NCBI GenBank assembly: GCA_963669175.1
Contig: OY769902.1
Location: 5,120,001-5,184,000, forward strand
DNA from: a bacterium
GTDB lineage: Bacteria > Electryoneota > Electryoneia > Electryoneales > Electryoneaceae
Direction of reading: 5' to 3'
Length of the DNA stretch: 64,000 nt
The translations under genes were made by a program, and so were the position numbers. The notes beneath the pieces were generated by a model, which saw only the letters and a list, made by a program, of their open reading frames with translations, made no database searches and was not told where the DNA came from. Positions 1-10,728 of this stretch are shown piece by piece (position 1 is the first letter of the stretch; every line of letters begins with the position of its first letter).

Positions 1-205
1 GCGTGACCTCGATCCCATGACCGAGACCTTGTTCGCCCTGATTCCGGCAAATCGCAAGGCGGCACATTTTCATCCACTGCGTGAAAACCGGATTCAAATC
101 GTGGTGCATGCCAAAGCCGATGCAGAACGTACTCAACGGTGTCGAACCCTGCTGAATACGCTATCCACGTTTGTTCATCCCTCGGTGAATACCATTACCA
201 GGTGA
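1..205 (+). CDS. 3' end of a gene entering from the left edge; product uncertain (possibly the C-terminal TRCF domain of Mfd)
   Basis: Frame is open from base 2 to TGA at 203-205; only a vague resemblance to TRCF C-termini. Confidence 0.3.
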   Translation, partial: RDLDPMTETLFALIPANRKAAHFHPLRENRIQIVVHAKADAERTQRCRTLLNTLSTFVHPSVNTITR

Positions 206-272
206 CAAATCCCGTCGAAGTTTGTTACCCACACAACAGTGCGAAGCAAAAAGAGTAAGGACATGGAAGTAC

Positions 273-1517
273 ATGCCGGACAGTTCAACAGCGACACATA
301 CTGCTCATACAAGCACAGTCACATCCAATAATACAGATCAGGCAAAGAGTGCGATCAGTGTGCCGGTGATGGTAACGCTGGCGCTGCTTGCGGCAATGGC
401 TCCACTTGCGACAGACCTGTACCTGCCTGCCTTTCCACAGATGCTGCAGCAATTCAATACCAATGCTGCCGGTATCCAGATGACTTTAACTACGTTTCTG
501 GTTGGCGCCGCATTGGGGCAATTGCTGTTTGGCCCGTTGTCGGATCGTTTTGGCCGTCTACGTCCTGTCATCTTCGGATCAATCGTCTGCGCTATTGCTA
601 CGGTAGCGGCAGCTGTTTCGCCCACGGTCGAGATACTGACCATTTCACGTCTCTTTCAGGGTCTGGCAGCATCAGCCGGGATGGTCGTAGGCCGCGCCAT
701 TATCTCGGACATGGCCCCGTCCAGCGGCGAGGCTGCTCGGGCGTTCAATATTATCATGGCGATTATGGGAATAGCCCCGATTACAGCCCCCTGGCTGGGC
801 AGCCTGCTGGTCGGAATAGTTGGGTGGCGTGGGATCTTCTGGGTGATTTTTGCCCTCGCTTCTGCTGCTGTTTTACTGGTGCTGGCCTTTCTGCGTGAAT
901 CCCACCCGACAGAGAATCGCAGTTCAAGACAACCGATTCAGGTCAAGACATTTTTAAATCGTACCTTCGTTGGGTATACGCTGGCATGTGCGTTCGGCTT
1001 TGGGACGCTGATGGCCTATATCTCGGCATCATCCTTCCTGTTCCAGAACATCATAGGGGTCAGTGTTATTCAGTACGGACTTCTCTTTGCCACGAACGCA
1101 TTCCTCCTGACGGCCACAAGCGGTCTCTCTTCCTTCCTGTCAACACGTGTACCGGTACAGCGATTGATCTTTTTCGGACTTGGCGGGTTGGTTGCCGGTT
1201 CGTTCTGCGTGGCTGGCTTTGTCTTTCTGAACGCTCCACCATTCTGGACGGTATTCCCGATTGCACTGGTTGTCGCCAGTCTGGGCTTCGTGTTTGGCAA
1301 TGCGACAACTCTTGCAATCGCGGCAGTTCCTGAAGCCCTTGGAACGGGTTCGGCATTGCTGGGAGCGTTGCAATTCGGGTTCGGCGCTATGGTCGCACCA
1401 CTGGTCGGTATCGCCGGTGATCACAGCGCTGTGCCACTGGCCCTGGTGATGGTTGTTATGTCCATTCTTACACTTGTCTCATGCCTGATCGCAGTTCGGG
1501 GGGAACAGGAAGGGTAG
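273..1517 (+). CDS. Bcr/CflA (DHA1) family MFS multidrug efflux transporter
   Basis: 'DLYLPAFP', motif A 'GPLSDRFGR', ~12 hydrophobic segments; start moved to ATG 273. Confidence 0.92.
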   Translation: MPDSSTATHTAHTSTVTSNNTDQAKSAISVPVMVTLALLAAMAPLATDLYLPAFPQMLQQFNTNAAGIQMTLTTFLVGAALGQLLFGPLSDRFGRLRPVIFGSIVCAIATVAAAVSPTVEILTISRLFQGLAASAGMVVGRAIISDMAPSSGEAARAFNIIMAIMGIAPITAPWLGSLLVGIVGWRGIFWVIFALASAAVLLVLAFLRESHPTENRSSRQPIQVKTFLNRTFVGYTLACAFGFGTLMAYISASSFLFQNIIGVSVIQYGLLFATNAFLLTATSGLSSFLSTRVPVQRLIFFGLGGLVAGSFCVAGFVFLNAPPFWTVFPIALVVASLGFVFGNATTLAIAAVPEALGTGSALLGALQFGFGAMVAPLVGIAGDHSAVPLALVMVVMSILTLVSCLIAVRGEQEG

Positions 1518-1675
1518 CATTTGCTGTGTTTTCTCATCGGCATGGGATATAATTTCATCCCCACGGGACAAGATATCATCCTCGGCTTGAACCGTAGCGA
1601 AGCGAAGCTTGCGGTGTGCGAAGTACAGCCGTGAACCAAACTGGGATCTCGTGGTCACACACGTAAACTCTTATC

Positions 1676-1723
1676 CCGACTGCTTGCTTTGGTAACGAGA
1701 CGTTTGGCCCGACTGCTTGCTGT
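1676..1723. repeat. Two degenerate REP-like units (CCCGACTGCTTGCT)
   Basis: Reverse complement of the CCCGACAGCAAGCAGTCGGGCC palindrome seen at ~29145, ~29322 and ~53107. Confidence 0.65.
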
Positions 1724-1734
1724 TATGACGAGAA

Positions 1735-2458
1735 TCCACCTCGAAGAGGTGACACTTGAATAGCGCGGTGCGTAAGCGCCGGGAGAAAGGTGTCCCCCCA
1801 TTTTCGATCCCGAAGGGATCGCACAAAATCCATTCACAAACTCTTTCAACAGATACCTGCACTTTTGTCTCAATGAATGATCTATCCCAAAGTGCGTCCC
1901 CTTCAGGGTCGATTGATCATTGGCGACATTATGTTCCCGGCGCTTACGCACCACGCTATCCCGAATATTTCACCAATGCAATTTCAAATGTGGTATTTGA
2001 TGGAATGGCCAGTGCAAGAACCACGGCAGTGGTTCCCTGGATTAGCCCACCGTCCAGCGCCGTCTGTTTGGCACTCACGGTGGGAATAGGATGTACGCTA
2101 CTTGCCAACCCCGGCAGCGGGTTGCCTAAATATTATCACTGTATACTTATGATAATTATTAGGATACTCCTTCCGGAGTAAATATATGGTGCGCATTATC
2201 TCCCCGGGTAGCCGCCAAACTGACGGCAGCTGCCCGGGACTAATACAGGTTGCCCCTGCCGGGGCGGTTGCCGATACTCAGCCTCATTTTGCCAGCGAAA
2301 CAGGGAATAGGCACGCAAAGGGATACCGGAGCAAACTGTACCCATAAAAAAGCTGTATGAATCAGTTGTATTGTGCTGATATGAAATGTGTTAAGATGAT
2401 TATCCATGTTTCGTTCGTGAAATATCCGGGCTATTCAAGTGGCCCACCTTCGGTGGAC
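1735..2458. repeat. Inverted pair of ~50-bp REP-like units; the right unit is split by the MITE
   Basis: 1735-1784 contains CACTTGAATAGCGCGGTGCGTAAGCGCCGGGA; its inverse is rebuilt by joining 1935-1959 to 2435-2458; intact copy at 46629-46677. Confidence 0.8.
1960..2430. mobile_element. MITE-A copy 1 (471 bp, TIR CCCGAATATTTCA, 4-bp TSD CTAT)
   Basis: Ends CCCGAATATTTCAC / GTGAAATATCCGGG; CTAT at 1956-1959 and 2431-2434; two more copies in the window. Confidence 0.9.
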
Positions 2459-2607
2459 TTAAACAACACCTGATCTACTCCTCGGTTATTCACCCCTTCG
2501 GTTAATTTAACCCAGGTCATTTCCCTACATTCCACTGATACTCTTACCCGTACGAAATAGAGATGGATCTGTAAAAAACTCAAAAACCGTGTAACAAACA
2601 CTATCCA

Positions 2608-4857
2608 TCATTTCAGCAGGATTATCTTCTCCACCGCCCTCATTTCCTGCGCCCACAAAGCGAGGAAGTAGGTGCCTGAAGGTAAATCCTCCATTGAAAA
2701 CGTATGCTCGTGTGATCCCGCAGATTGATACCCCTGGTATATAGTTCTGACTGTTCTCCCCAGCAGATCATGAAGAGTGATTTTCATTTCTCCAGGGTGT
2801 GCCAGCATAACCTGCAAACGTGTGGAAGAGTTGCAGGGATTGGGATGGATGCCTGCTATCCCGAAATGCACCGGCGCTTCTTCACCACTACCATCGCTTC
2901 CGGGAACCGCAGTCCAGTCAAACGGATACGCCCCGATGTCAGCAATAGTACCATCCGGATCGTACGGGCTGAACGGATCACCGGCGTCAATCAGCGGCGA
3001 ACCTTCCAGAAGATGATAATTGCCGTTCTCGGGGTCCACAAACAACGGATCAACGTCGTTCAGCATGTGTTGACCGACACTTACAGACTCTCCGAACGGA
3101 GTCTCACCCAGGAAGCCCCCATACCCGGAATAGGCAATCTCCGACTGTACCCCATCAATCAGGATTCCGTAATAGCCAAAGAAGAAAGTGTTCGAAACAA
3201 AAAGTTGCGGATTTAAATTCTGAACTGCAAAAAGGATATTTGCGGCAAACGTGGCATTACGGATAGTCTGAAATCGATTGATCAGGATACCATGAATTTC
3301 AGCATGATCCAGCAGGGACGGCGTATCTTCAGGAAGAAGCGCTTCCATGGTCTGCCCGTCGAAAACAAACGATGTCACCTCATACGGATTCTCTTCATCA
3401 AATTCCAGGTCAGGGTGTGGTTGCAGGGTAAGTGCTCCCCTGCGAAAAGCGCAATCAATCAACTTGCCGGTAGTTGTCATTTGCAAGTGAGTGTTTATTG
3501 ATCCCTCTATCGCCAAGCCGTTCCATTCTTCATCGGTAAGAATGCCAAAACCATCAACTATTGAATCATCCTCTGTAACAAAGATCAGATCATGGATACT
3601 CGCGTCAAGTTCGATTCTTACAGGTTCTTCAGCCGTTCCATTGATCCGTATGCCACCATTGTTCATCAGGTAGAACAGGTTTTCCAACGAACCGTTCACC
3701 TGAATCGTCGTGTTTACCCCAAGCGTAAGAATACTGTTTCTGACAAGAACCGGCCCCTCACAGCAAACTGTGGTGTCCTGCCAGGTCGTGCTTTCATTGA
3801 TTTCAGTAAATGAATAAAGAAAAGGTGGCGGATCATCATGGAAACGGGAATCATACTCGTACCGCTGGCCACTATAACCGGTATGTCCGCAATTGCTGTT
3901 TCTCGTCATCCCGTGTCTTGTTTGTACCAAGCTGCCAAAAATCTTTATCTCCCCTCTGTTATCTTCGGAATTGGGATGATCGCCCTCCGGGTCGCACCAG
4001 TAATACTCATCTCCCGGATTATTCAGATCCTCGATTTGAAAGCTTTCGGACATGGCCAGCACCGCTGCCGTTATGCAGATATTTGCGCTGTCCGCCTCCC
4101 AATAATTCCGTTCTACACCGTTTCCACGTCCGTTCGCCCAGGTGTTGGCGATAAAAACATCCGCTTCTCCCAACAAACCGAGCAAGGAAGTACAGGTATC
4201 CGGTACATCAATCCAAATACCGCTTTGATCTGATCCTGCATAAAGCAGGTCATCAGTCAGGTAGATATCACCTGATGCACCGATACTGGTTATTCCCAGT
4301 ATTTCGGTACCCTGTATGCGTAATTCGCCGTTAAAGTAGATCGCCAGGTCACGGCTGTAGGGAATCAACTCCGTGTAAACCGTATCCGCAGAATCGGGGG
4401 GAATGTTGGCAGATACGGCCGCGATATCCCAGCCGTCGCTGCCACCTTCACAAAGAAAACTGAGGGTAAAGTTTTCATTGTCGAAATAGTGTCCCTGTAC
4501 TGAAGCTTGCTCAGGAAGAGGAAAAGCTTGTGGAAGGACAACTTCCGGAACGTTGAAACGTGGTGGAAACTCAAAATAGGGATGACAAGAAAAGTAAGTG
4601 TTGAAGGTATCTGCAACTGTGCTGAAATATCCCTGGGCAAAAATAGGTGCGTATTGAATTGAGAAAATACCGTTGGAATGAACATTGCCATAAAACGTAT
4701 CCGGTGTCCAGAACCAGAGAATCTCCTCGTACTCAGATTCTTCCGTGTCCGTGAGGTAGAGATAATCCAGGAACAGGGAAAGCTGAGCAAAACTGGGCGT
4801 CACTGCCAGAAGACCGATCAGCAGTACGAAAACAACCTTTGAATTGAAATATTGCAT
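2608..4857 (-). CDS. Secreted protein: PilX/DUF4900-like N-terminal domain, beta-helix region, T9SS-type C-terminal domain
   Basis: Signal peptide; 'GNVHSNG', 'GDIYLTDDL', 'YEYDSRFHDDPPPF'; 'DPLFVD..SPLIDAGDP..DIGAY'; 'HPNPCNS..KIILLK'. Confidence 0.8.
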   Translation of the reverse strand: MQYFNSKVVFVLLIGLLAVTPSFAQLSLFLDYLYLTDTEESEYEEILWFWTPDTFYGNVHSNGIFSIQYAPIFAQGYFSTVADTFNTYFSCHPYFEFPPRFNVPEVVLPQAFPLPEQASVQGHYFDNENFTLSFLCEGGSDGWDIAAVSANIPPDSADTVYTELIPYSRDLAIYFNGELRIQGTEILGITSIGASGDIYLTDDLLYAGSDQSGIWIDVPDTCTSLLGLLGEADVFIANTWANGRGNGVERNYWEADSANICITAAVLAMSESFQIEDLNNPGDEYYWCDPEGDHPNSEDNRGEIKIFGSLVQTRHGMTRNSNCGHTGYSGQRYEYDSRFHDDPPPFLYSFTEINESTTWQDTTVCCEGPVLVRNSILTLGVNTTIQVNGSLENLFYLMNNGGIRINGTAEEPVRIELDASIHDLIFVTEDDSIVDGFGILTDEEWNGLAIEGSINTHLQMTTTGKLIDCAFRRGALTLQPHPDLEFDEENPYEVTSFVFDGQTMEALLPEDTPSLLDHAEIHGILINRFQTIRNATFAANILFAVQNLNPQLFVSNTFFFGYYGILIDGVQSEIAYSGYGGFLGETPFGESVSVGQHMLNDVDPLFVDPENGNYHLLEGSPLIDAGDPFSPYDPDGTIADIGAYPFDWTAVPGSDGSGEEAPVHFGIAGIHPNPCNSSTRLQVMLAHPGEMKITLHDLLGRTVRTIYQGYQSAGSHEHTFSMEDLPSGTYFLALWAQEMRAVEKIILLK

Positions 4858-4941
4858 TCTCCCTCTCCTCGCGATTCATACTAAACTATATGTCTTTTAT
4901 TCAATAATGCAAGCAAGAGAACAAGGAAAATGGTTTGTCGC

Positions 4942-4979
4942 AAAAAACCGGGACCAATCCAAATGGATCAGTCCCGGTT
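4942..4979 (-). terminator. Intrinsic terminator after the LVIVD gene
   Basis: AACCGGGAC..GTCCCGGTT stem with an A6 run (U-tract on the minus strand). Confidence 0.7.
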
Positions 4980-5017
4980 CTCTATGAACAGCTTCCTGCA
5001 AAAGAAAGCAGATTGCT

Positions 5018-7219
5018 TTACTTCACCAATGTCATGCGACGAACCTGCTTCGCACCACCGGTAACAGCTTCCACGAAGTAAATACCGCTGGCCAGGTTTG
5101 CGCCGTTGAACTGCAGAGTATGGTACCCGGCGCTCAGCTTGCCCTGGACCAGTTCTTCCACCAGACGGCCCTGTATATCATACACACGCACCTGCACATC
5201 CTGTGTTGCGGCCAGGGACAGGGTGATCATGGTTGTCGGGTTGAACGGGTTCGGATAAACGGATTCAATCGCGAACTCAGTCGGCGTGGCGACACCGGCT
5301 TCAGTGATCACCTCAAGGTAGTCACTGGCATTCCAGATGGCGAAGTTCTTCTGGTCGGCAATACCGACATAGCTACCGTAACTGGTAATGGAAAGTGGCC
5401 TGTAGGTATCAATGTTTTCCACTTCGACCGGGTTGTCGGGATCGGAAACATCAAAGACGTACGTTTTATAATCTCCGAACTGAGTCGGGATAAAGACATG
5501 ACCACCGGCATAGTGCATGCCAAAAGTGATCTGGTGCGCATCACTCAAAGTCGTGGAACTGCGCAATACAGGATTTTCAACGTCCGAAATGTCCAGAACT
5601 TCAAAGGTGCAGGGAGAAGCTGAGCCTGCGAGGTAGAGCATATCGCCGACACGCACCATCTGTACCGCATAGCTTACAGAGGGGGTCGATACGACGTGTA
5701 CATTGTTTAAATCACTGAAGTCGATAATACAGAGAATATAGTTTTCATAATCTGATGAAGACATGGTATACACATACTCGCCATCGAAGAACAGCCAGGC
5801 GATGTGTTCCACATTCGGAATAGCATAATACTGGGGGTCGCCAATATTCGCCGGATCAGAAACATCCCTGAATTCGAGCTGATTATTATAATCCGTAACC
5901 AGCGTGCCATCCAGAACGTAGGGCCATTTGCGGTAGGAACTGGTCCAGTTTTCCAGCTCACCGATCAGTTGTGGGTCGTTGACATTGCTGATATCCCAGC
6001 ACTGGAGGTTCGGCAGGTTGGCTACCCAGAGATGATCCCCATCTACATACATGGCGGTGGCATCACTATCATCACCAAATTGGCAAACTTCCTGCGGGTT
6101 GGTGGGATCCGTCATGTCGATGACATGCATCCCGCCCCAGCGTGCGGATACGATGGCATAATCACCGTGCTCGACCGCGTACATCACTTCACCAACTGCC
6201 TGATAGCCGCCAGTAATGGTGTACGGAGTTTCAGATACGCTGATGGAATGGAAACCATACTCCCGGTCCATCACAAACCAGTTATCATCACCGTTCACAA
6301 CAGCGATCGGATAGCTGTTGTCGATCACCAGGCTGTCCTGCCTTACCAGGTTCTCCTGGTTGTCAGCCCAGAAGCGAACGAGCTTGCCACTTTCGGTGGT
6401 ATAGAATCCGATAGTGCCTGACGCTTCAACGCTGGTAATCTCTTCGTTCATGACAGGAATATTGTCATATGAGTTAATATTTTCCATGTCTGTCAGGTTC
6501 AGCCAGACTAGCCGATTCCAAGTGTCCTGGTTTGTAGATGTATAGTAAGCGCGTTCCGCGGAGCCGTTACACACCACGTTGTTGCACTCTGTGCTGAAAC
6601 GATCCAACATAGTCGGGTTTGCGGGATCGGAAATGTCAATCAGGTCGAAACCGAATTCACCGTTGGCCAGCATGGCATAAGTGCCCCAGCCGTCTACATC
6701 TATGGCGTCATTACCGTGCTGGTAACTGTACGAACCTGACAGTGTCGGTTCGTACGTATTACTGACATTAATAATGGCCATTCCTTCTTCACCATCTGCC
6801 ACCAGCAGGTAATCGCTGCCATAGCTAAGGTGCAGCTTGGAGGCAAAACCCGGAGTATCCACATGGCCACGCTCTGTATAGCCATCAGTAGCATTGCCGT
6901 AATACGTGTATACACCATCATCACCGGCTGCAATGAACAGATCCAGCACGTTGAACCAGACGCCGTACGCTGTCACATCAGTCACTTCATGAATCAATTC
7001 GGGATTGTCCTCGTCTTCACAATCGAATATCTGGACACCGTTGACACCGGTCGCAACCGCGAGGTAAGGGTGACCGTCAATACCGACTACCATGTCGTTG
7101 GCACCAACCCAACCGGGGAGGATGCTGGTCGCCAGGCTCATGTCATCCAACTCGCCACCTACTACCGCCTGCACACACAATAACAGGCTGAACAAAACTA
7201 CGAACAAATTACGTTTCAC
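5018..7219 (-). CDS. LVIVD-repeat beta-propeller protein with T9SS-type C-terminal domain
   Basis: Repeated 'xxIDISDPxNP' units; signal peptide; 'YPNPFNP..RRMTLVK'; GTG start after AGGAG. Confidence 0.88.
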   Translation of the reverse strand: MKRNLFVVLFSLLLCVQAVVGGELDDMSLATSILPGWVGANDMVVGIDGHPYLAVATGVNGVQIFDCEDEDNPELIHEVTDVTAYGVWFNVLDLFIAAGDDGVYTYYGNATDGYTERGHVDTPGFASKLHLSYGSDYLLVADGEEGMAIINVSNTYEPTLSGSYSYQHGNDAIDVDGWGTYAMLANGEFGFDLIDISDPANPTMLDRFSTECNNVVCNGSAERAYYTSTNQDTWNRLVWLNLTDMENINSYDNIPVMNEEITSVEASGTIGFYTTESGKLVRFWADNQENLVRQDSLVIDNSYPIAVVNGDDNWFVMDREYGFHSISVSETPYTITGGYQAVGEVMYAVEHGDYAIVSARWGGMHVIDMTDPTNPQEVCQFGDDSDATAMYVDGDHLWVANLPNLQCWDISNVNDPQLIGELENWTSSYRKWPYVLDGTLVTDYNNQLEFRDVSDPANIGDPQYYAIPNVEHIAWLFFDGEYVYTMSSSDYENYILCIIDFSDLNNVHVVSTPSVSYAVQMVRVGDMLYLAGSASPCTFEVLDISDVENPVLRSSTTLSDAHQITFGMHYAGGHVFIPTQFGDYKTYVFDVSDPDNPVEVENIDTYRPLSITSYGSYVGIADQKNFAIWNASDYLEVITEAGVATPTEFAIESVYPNPFNPTTMITLSLAATQDVQVRVYDIQGRLVEELVQGKLSAGYHTLQFNGANLASGIYFVEAVTGGAKQVRRMTLVK

Positions 7220-7621
7220 TTACTTTTCTCCTTTTGGGGTTGCAAAAGAATTTACTGTATCTATCCCTGCGTACTTTTTTTCCGGGGTTTCAGCCTAAGG
7301 TTTTCTTGTGGGTTATGAGATAGAGAATTCCCATAGTACCAAACAATGAAAAGTTCAAGAATTATTTCACAAAGGATACTGACGTACGTCACACCTGGAG
7401 GAGTGCCTTTGGAAGGAAGCGAGAATAGATTCACCGGCAGGCAGGTATCCTTCAAGTCCGACAAAAACGGGTTATCAAAGTACAAGCTTCTCCGCAGCGC
7501 GAAAATATACGTGCCGTATGTTAACCAAGAAAATAGAAAATACTTATACGTCTCTCCTGAAACACCTGTGATTTTTGGATGCACGACGCAATATCCCGAT
7601 AAATTTCAACAACTAAGCTAT

Positions 7622-8542
7622 TCAACCTGCGATATCTTCATCATCCTTAATACTGACCACCCGCATGTTAGTACTGACTCCCTGCTTGTCCTGTCCGAAG
7701 TATAGAGTCTGATGCGGGAATGGGATCTCGATATTTTCCAGATCAAAGCGCTTTTTCAGGTTCAACCGGAATGCCCGTCCTACTTCCCATTGACGTCCCG
7801 GTTCCGTCATAAACCGAATGCGAAACAAGATATCACTGTCCCGGAAATCGGAAATACCCACCACCTCCGGCTTACCCATCATGATTTTTTTGAAACGGCT
7901 ATCTTCATAAATTTTCTCTGCTTCTTCTTCCAAAACCCGCATGACATTTTCTGCATCTTCACGATATGCGACACCAAGATTAATCTGAATCTTCGAGAAG
8001 GTTTTGGTCATATTGACAATCTTGCGGATTTCGCCATGAGGTAGAATATGCTGATTGCCGTCACGATCACGTAATATCAATGTGCGAATGGTGATCTCTT
8101 CCACCTGCGCACGATCTCCGACACCATCCTGCAGTTTTATCCAGTCGCCAACTCGAACCTGTCCTTCAAGAATAAAGAAGATGCCATTGAGCACATCTTT
8201 AACCACTGATTGCGCGCCAAAACCAACCGCAACACCAACCACCCCGGCAGCAGCCAGGATAGGACCGAGATTCACTCCCAGCTCCGCCAGTACCCAGGTA
8301 ACCCCCAAGCCCAGTAAACTGACTCCGACAACACTACGGCTCAGGTTGCCCAGTGTTTGCAGGCGTTTTGCTGTTTTGCGGTCCGCTTTGCCCGCACGAG
8401 TAATGATCTTGTTGATGACTTTGCGAGCGATCAACCAGGTAATCAGTAACCCGATCAGGATGAGAGCTATGGTCAGGACACGCGGTCCAATTGCGACCAG
8501 ACGTGTTGTCAGTGTATCCCATGACAACTTGGATAAATCCAT
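7622..8542 (-). CDS. Small-conductance mechanosensitive channel (MscS family, YbiO-like)
   Basis: 'AAAGVVGVAVGFGAQSVVKDVLNG', 'RVGDWI', 'IEIPFPH'; GGAGG before ATG 8542. Confidence 0.92.
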   Translation of the reverse strand: MDLSKLSWDTLTTRLVAIGPRVLTIALILIGLLITWLIARKVINKIITRAGKADRKTAKRLQTLGNLSRSVVGVSLLGLGVTWVLAELGVNLGPILAAAGVVGVAVGFGAQSVVKDVLNGIFFILEGQVRVGDWIKLQDGVGDRAQVEEITIRTLILRDRDGNQHILPHGEIRKIVNMTKTFSKIQINLGVAYREDAENVMRVLEEEAEKIYEDSRFKKIMMGKPEVVGISDFRDSDILFRIRFMTEPGRQWEVGRAFRLNLKKRFDLENIEIPFPHQTLYFGQDKQGVSTNMRVVSIKDDEDIAG

Positions 8543-8569
8543 CCAAACCTCCAATACCCCATGAGGAAA

Positions 8570-10138
8570 CTACATCATCACCACAACCATCATAACCGCC
8601 AACAACAGGAACAGCAGGCTCATCAGTACTCTCGTCAGACCGAAGTGCTCACGGGACCAGGTTGTGAGTTTTTCTGAAGCTACCCCGGAATATGCAAGCG
8701 AAAACACAACAACCAAAGGAAGGATGAACATCAGATTGTACAGGAAGAGATAGATGATCGCATGCCCTCGCATGGCTTCATCCTGTAGTACCAGCACTAT
8801 TGTCGGCAGGTAAACCTGGCCGGTACAGGCGGCTTCAAACAGGCTGACCAACGCCCCTATCCCCAGCGCTCCCAGGAACAGGCTGCCGGTAACCAGACCT
8901 TTCCGCATGACACGGTGAATCCGTTGCTTGCTTTTCTTTGATAATTGAAGCACCTGGCTGCGAGTTTCACCGCCGGAACGGTAATATTTGATCGTATCCA
9001 GCAATGATAGCACAAACAGAACCAGCACCATCAGAAGCGCGATACCATAGATGATCTGCTGGATCAGCAAATTCCGGCTGAATAGCTCCAGCGTATGAAA
9101 TGCGCCTAAGCCTAATAGCAGGTACACGGCGAACACACTCACAGTAAAACCAAGTCCGACTGCCATCACCTGTTTGCGTGTTGATCCGGCATAATTCAGC
9201 AGGCTGATGAAAAAGACTATGGTAGCAAAAGCGCAGGGATTGATGCCGTCGATAAGCCCGGCCCCCAGAACGGTCCAGAAGGTGAACGATTTGAACACAT
9301 CTTTCGCGCTCTCTACGGCGATACTTCTATTTGATTCCGATGGGATAATGGTATGTTCGCCAGTTTGCAACGCCTGGCTGATCGCTTCATCCAAGCGTTT
9401 TTCCAGCCCGCCACGCCCCAGCACGACAGATTTACCAACAAAGAAAGAGAACGGACTGCGACGATCCTGCACATCATAAGCACGCCTCATCTCAAGCAAT
9501 TGGGCGTATCCTGCCGCATGATCAATGTTGATGGGCAAAACGATGACCTGATCGTCCCACTTTTTCTCTACGTCAGGGATCAAACCATCCTTGACCTCCC
9601 TGCATGAGGGACAGCCGGGTGAATAGAAGTAGAATATGAGCAGAACATCAGGGTTGCAATCAATGGCTGAAATGATGTCTTCCGGTGAGAACACATCCTC
9701 GCCGGCAATTTGATCCGGAATGCCCTGTGGATTGTCGGCGGCGGAAAGCACGGTGATGGTAATGACCAGGCGGACAACATCCATATCTACCCTGTCGGTG
9801 AACAGGTACAGGATCTTTTCTACCTTGCCGTCTTCTTCACCTTCTTCGACATGATACGTGAATTCGAGAGAACCATCTTCCAGGATGGATGCGGTTATGC
9901 AGTCACATGTTATCTCTACATCTTCAAGGGTAAGCGGGGAAGGATCATTCTGACCTTCTGAAACAATGGAAAAGAACAGCGTATCGGAGAAAACATCGCC
10001 ACGCCTGTATTCACCATATTCCAACTGGGCATGCGGTCCCTCGACCAGCACCGTTCTGGTAGCTTGAACCGACCAGGGCAAGAACATGCCTGACAGCAAC
10101 AGGATATAAAGTGGCCAGAACCGTGTCGTCTTCATCAA
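8570..10138 (-). CDS. Thioredoxin-like (CPSC) domain fused to a CcdA/DsbD-type transmembrane domain, with a DUF1573-like N-terminus
   Basis: 'FYSPGCPSC', 'GLIDGINPCAF', 'FEAACTGQVYLP', N-terminal 'TCDCI'. Confidence 0.8.
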   Translation of the reverse strand: MMKTTRFWPLYILLLSGMFLPWSVQATRTVLVEGPHAQLEYGEYRRGDVFSDTLFFSIVSEGQNDPSPLTLEDVEITCDCITASILEDGSLEFTYHVEEGEEDGKVEKILYLFTDRVDMDVVRLVITITVLSAADNPQGIPDQIAGEDVFSPEDIISAIDCNPDVLLIFYFYSPGCPSCREVKDGLIPDVEKKWDDQVIVLPINIDHAAGYAQLLEMRRAYDVQDRRSPFSFFVGKSVVLGRGGLEKRLDEAISQALQTGEHTIIPSESNRSIAVESAKDVFKSFTFWTVLGAGLIDGINPCAFATIVFFISLLNYAGSTRKQVMAVGLGFTVSVFAVYLLLGLGAFHTLELFSRNLLIQQIIYGIALLMVLVLFVLSLLDTIKYYRSGGETRSQVLQLSKKSKQRIHRVMRKGLVTGSLFLGALGIGALVSLFEAACTGQVYLPTIVLVLQDEAMRGHAIIYLFLYNLMFILPLVVVFSLAYSGVASEKLTTWSREHFGLTRVLMSLLFLLLAVMMVVVMM

Positions 10139-10728
10139 TCAACCACTCTCTTTTCGATGCGGATGGAATCTACAAAAACCGGCACCAGGGGAATGTTCAG
10201 CAGATCGCGTTCAAACCCGGAGATCTGATCGACAATATCCATTCCCTGCACAACACGGGCAAAAATTGTGTACTTGCCATCCAGATGCGGTTTATCATCC
10301 AGCAGGATATAAAACTGGCAATCAGCCGTATTCAGGAAGGTCTTCTGGTCCGAGTCGGGATCGGCATGACGCGCCATGCCGACAACTCCACGGACATGTT
10401 TCAATTCACTGAATTCCGGTTCCAGTTTAATCCCGCTGCCGCCTTCACCGTAATGGCTGCGTGGAGTTTTCGGGTTCGCGGTTGTAGGATCACCAAGTTG
10501 AATTTTGAATCCGGGCCAGACATAATGCACCTGGGTGCCATCATAGAAATTTTCCCCGGCCAGTTCTTTGAAGCGAGCGACATGAACCGGCGCGTCCTTG
10601 CTGAAAAACTCGAGTACAATCTGACCATACCCGGTATAGATGACCCCCACCTCCTTCCCGCCTCCACACCCGGCCAGAAGGGTGATTCCCAGCAGTAACC
10701 CCGTAAACACGACTATCTTTCTATACAT
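10135..10728 (-). CDS. Cyclophilin-type peptidyl-prolyl isomerase, lipoprotein
   Basis: Lipobox LAGC; 'FYDGT', 'HVRGVVGMAR', 'QFYI', 'LDGKYTIFARVVQGMD'. Confidence 0.9.
   Translation of the reverse strand: MYRKIVVFTGLLLGITLLAGCGGGKEVGVIYTGYGQIVLEFFSKDAPVHVARFKELAGENFYDGTQVHYVWPGFKIQLGDPTTANPKTPRSHYGEGGSGIKLEPEFSELKHVRGVVGMARHADPDSDQKTFLNTADCQFYILLDDKPHLDGKYTIFARVVQGMDIVDQISGFERDLLNIPLVPVFVDSIRIEKRVVD

Noticed and set aside
1756-2181. ORFs overlapping MITE-A (also 36877-37068, 46035-46304, 18339-18632)
   Set aside because: They are translations of the non-coding repeat; frames and starts differ between copies
7261-7705. ORFs 7346-7705 (+) and 7261-7584 (-)
   Set aside because: No recognisable motifs or RBS; the region is most likely the promoter region of the LVIVD gene
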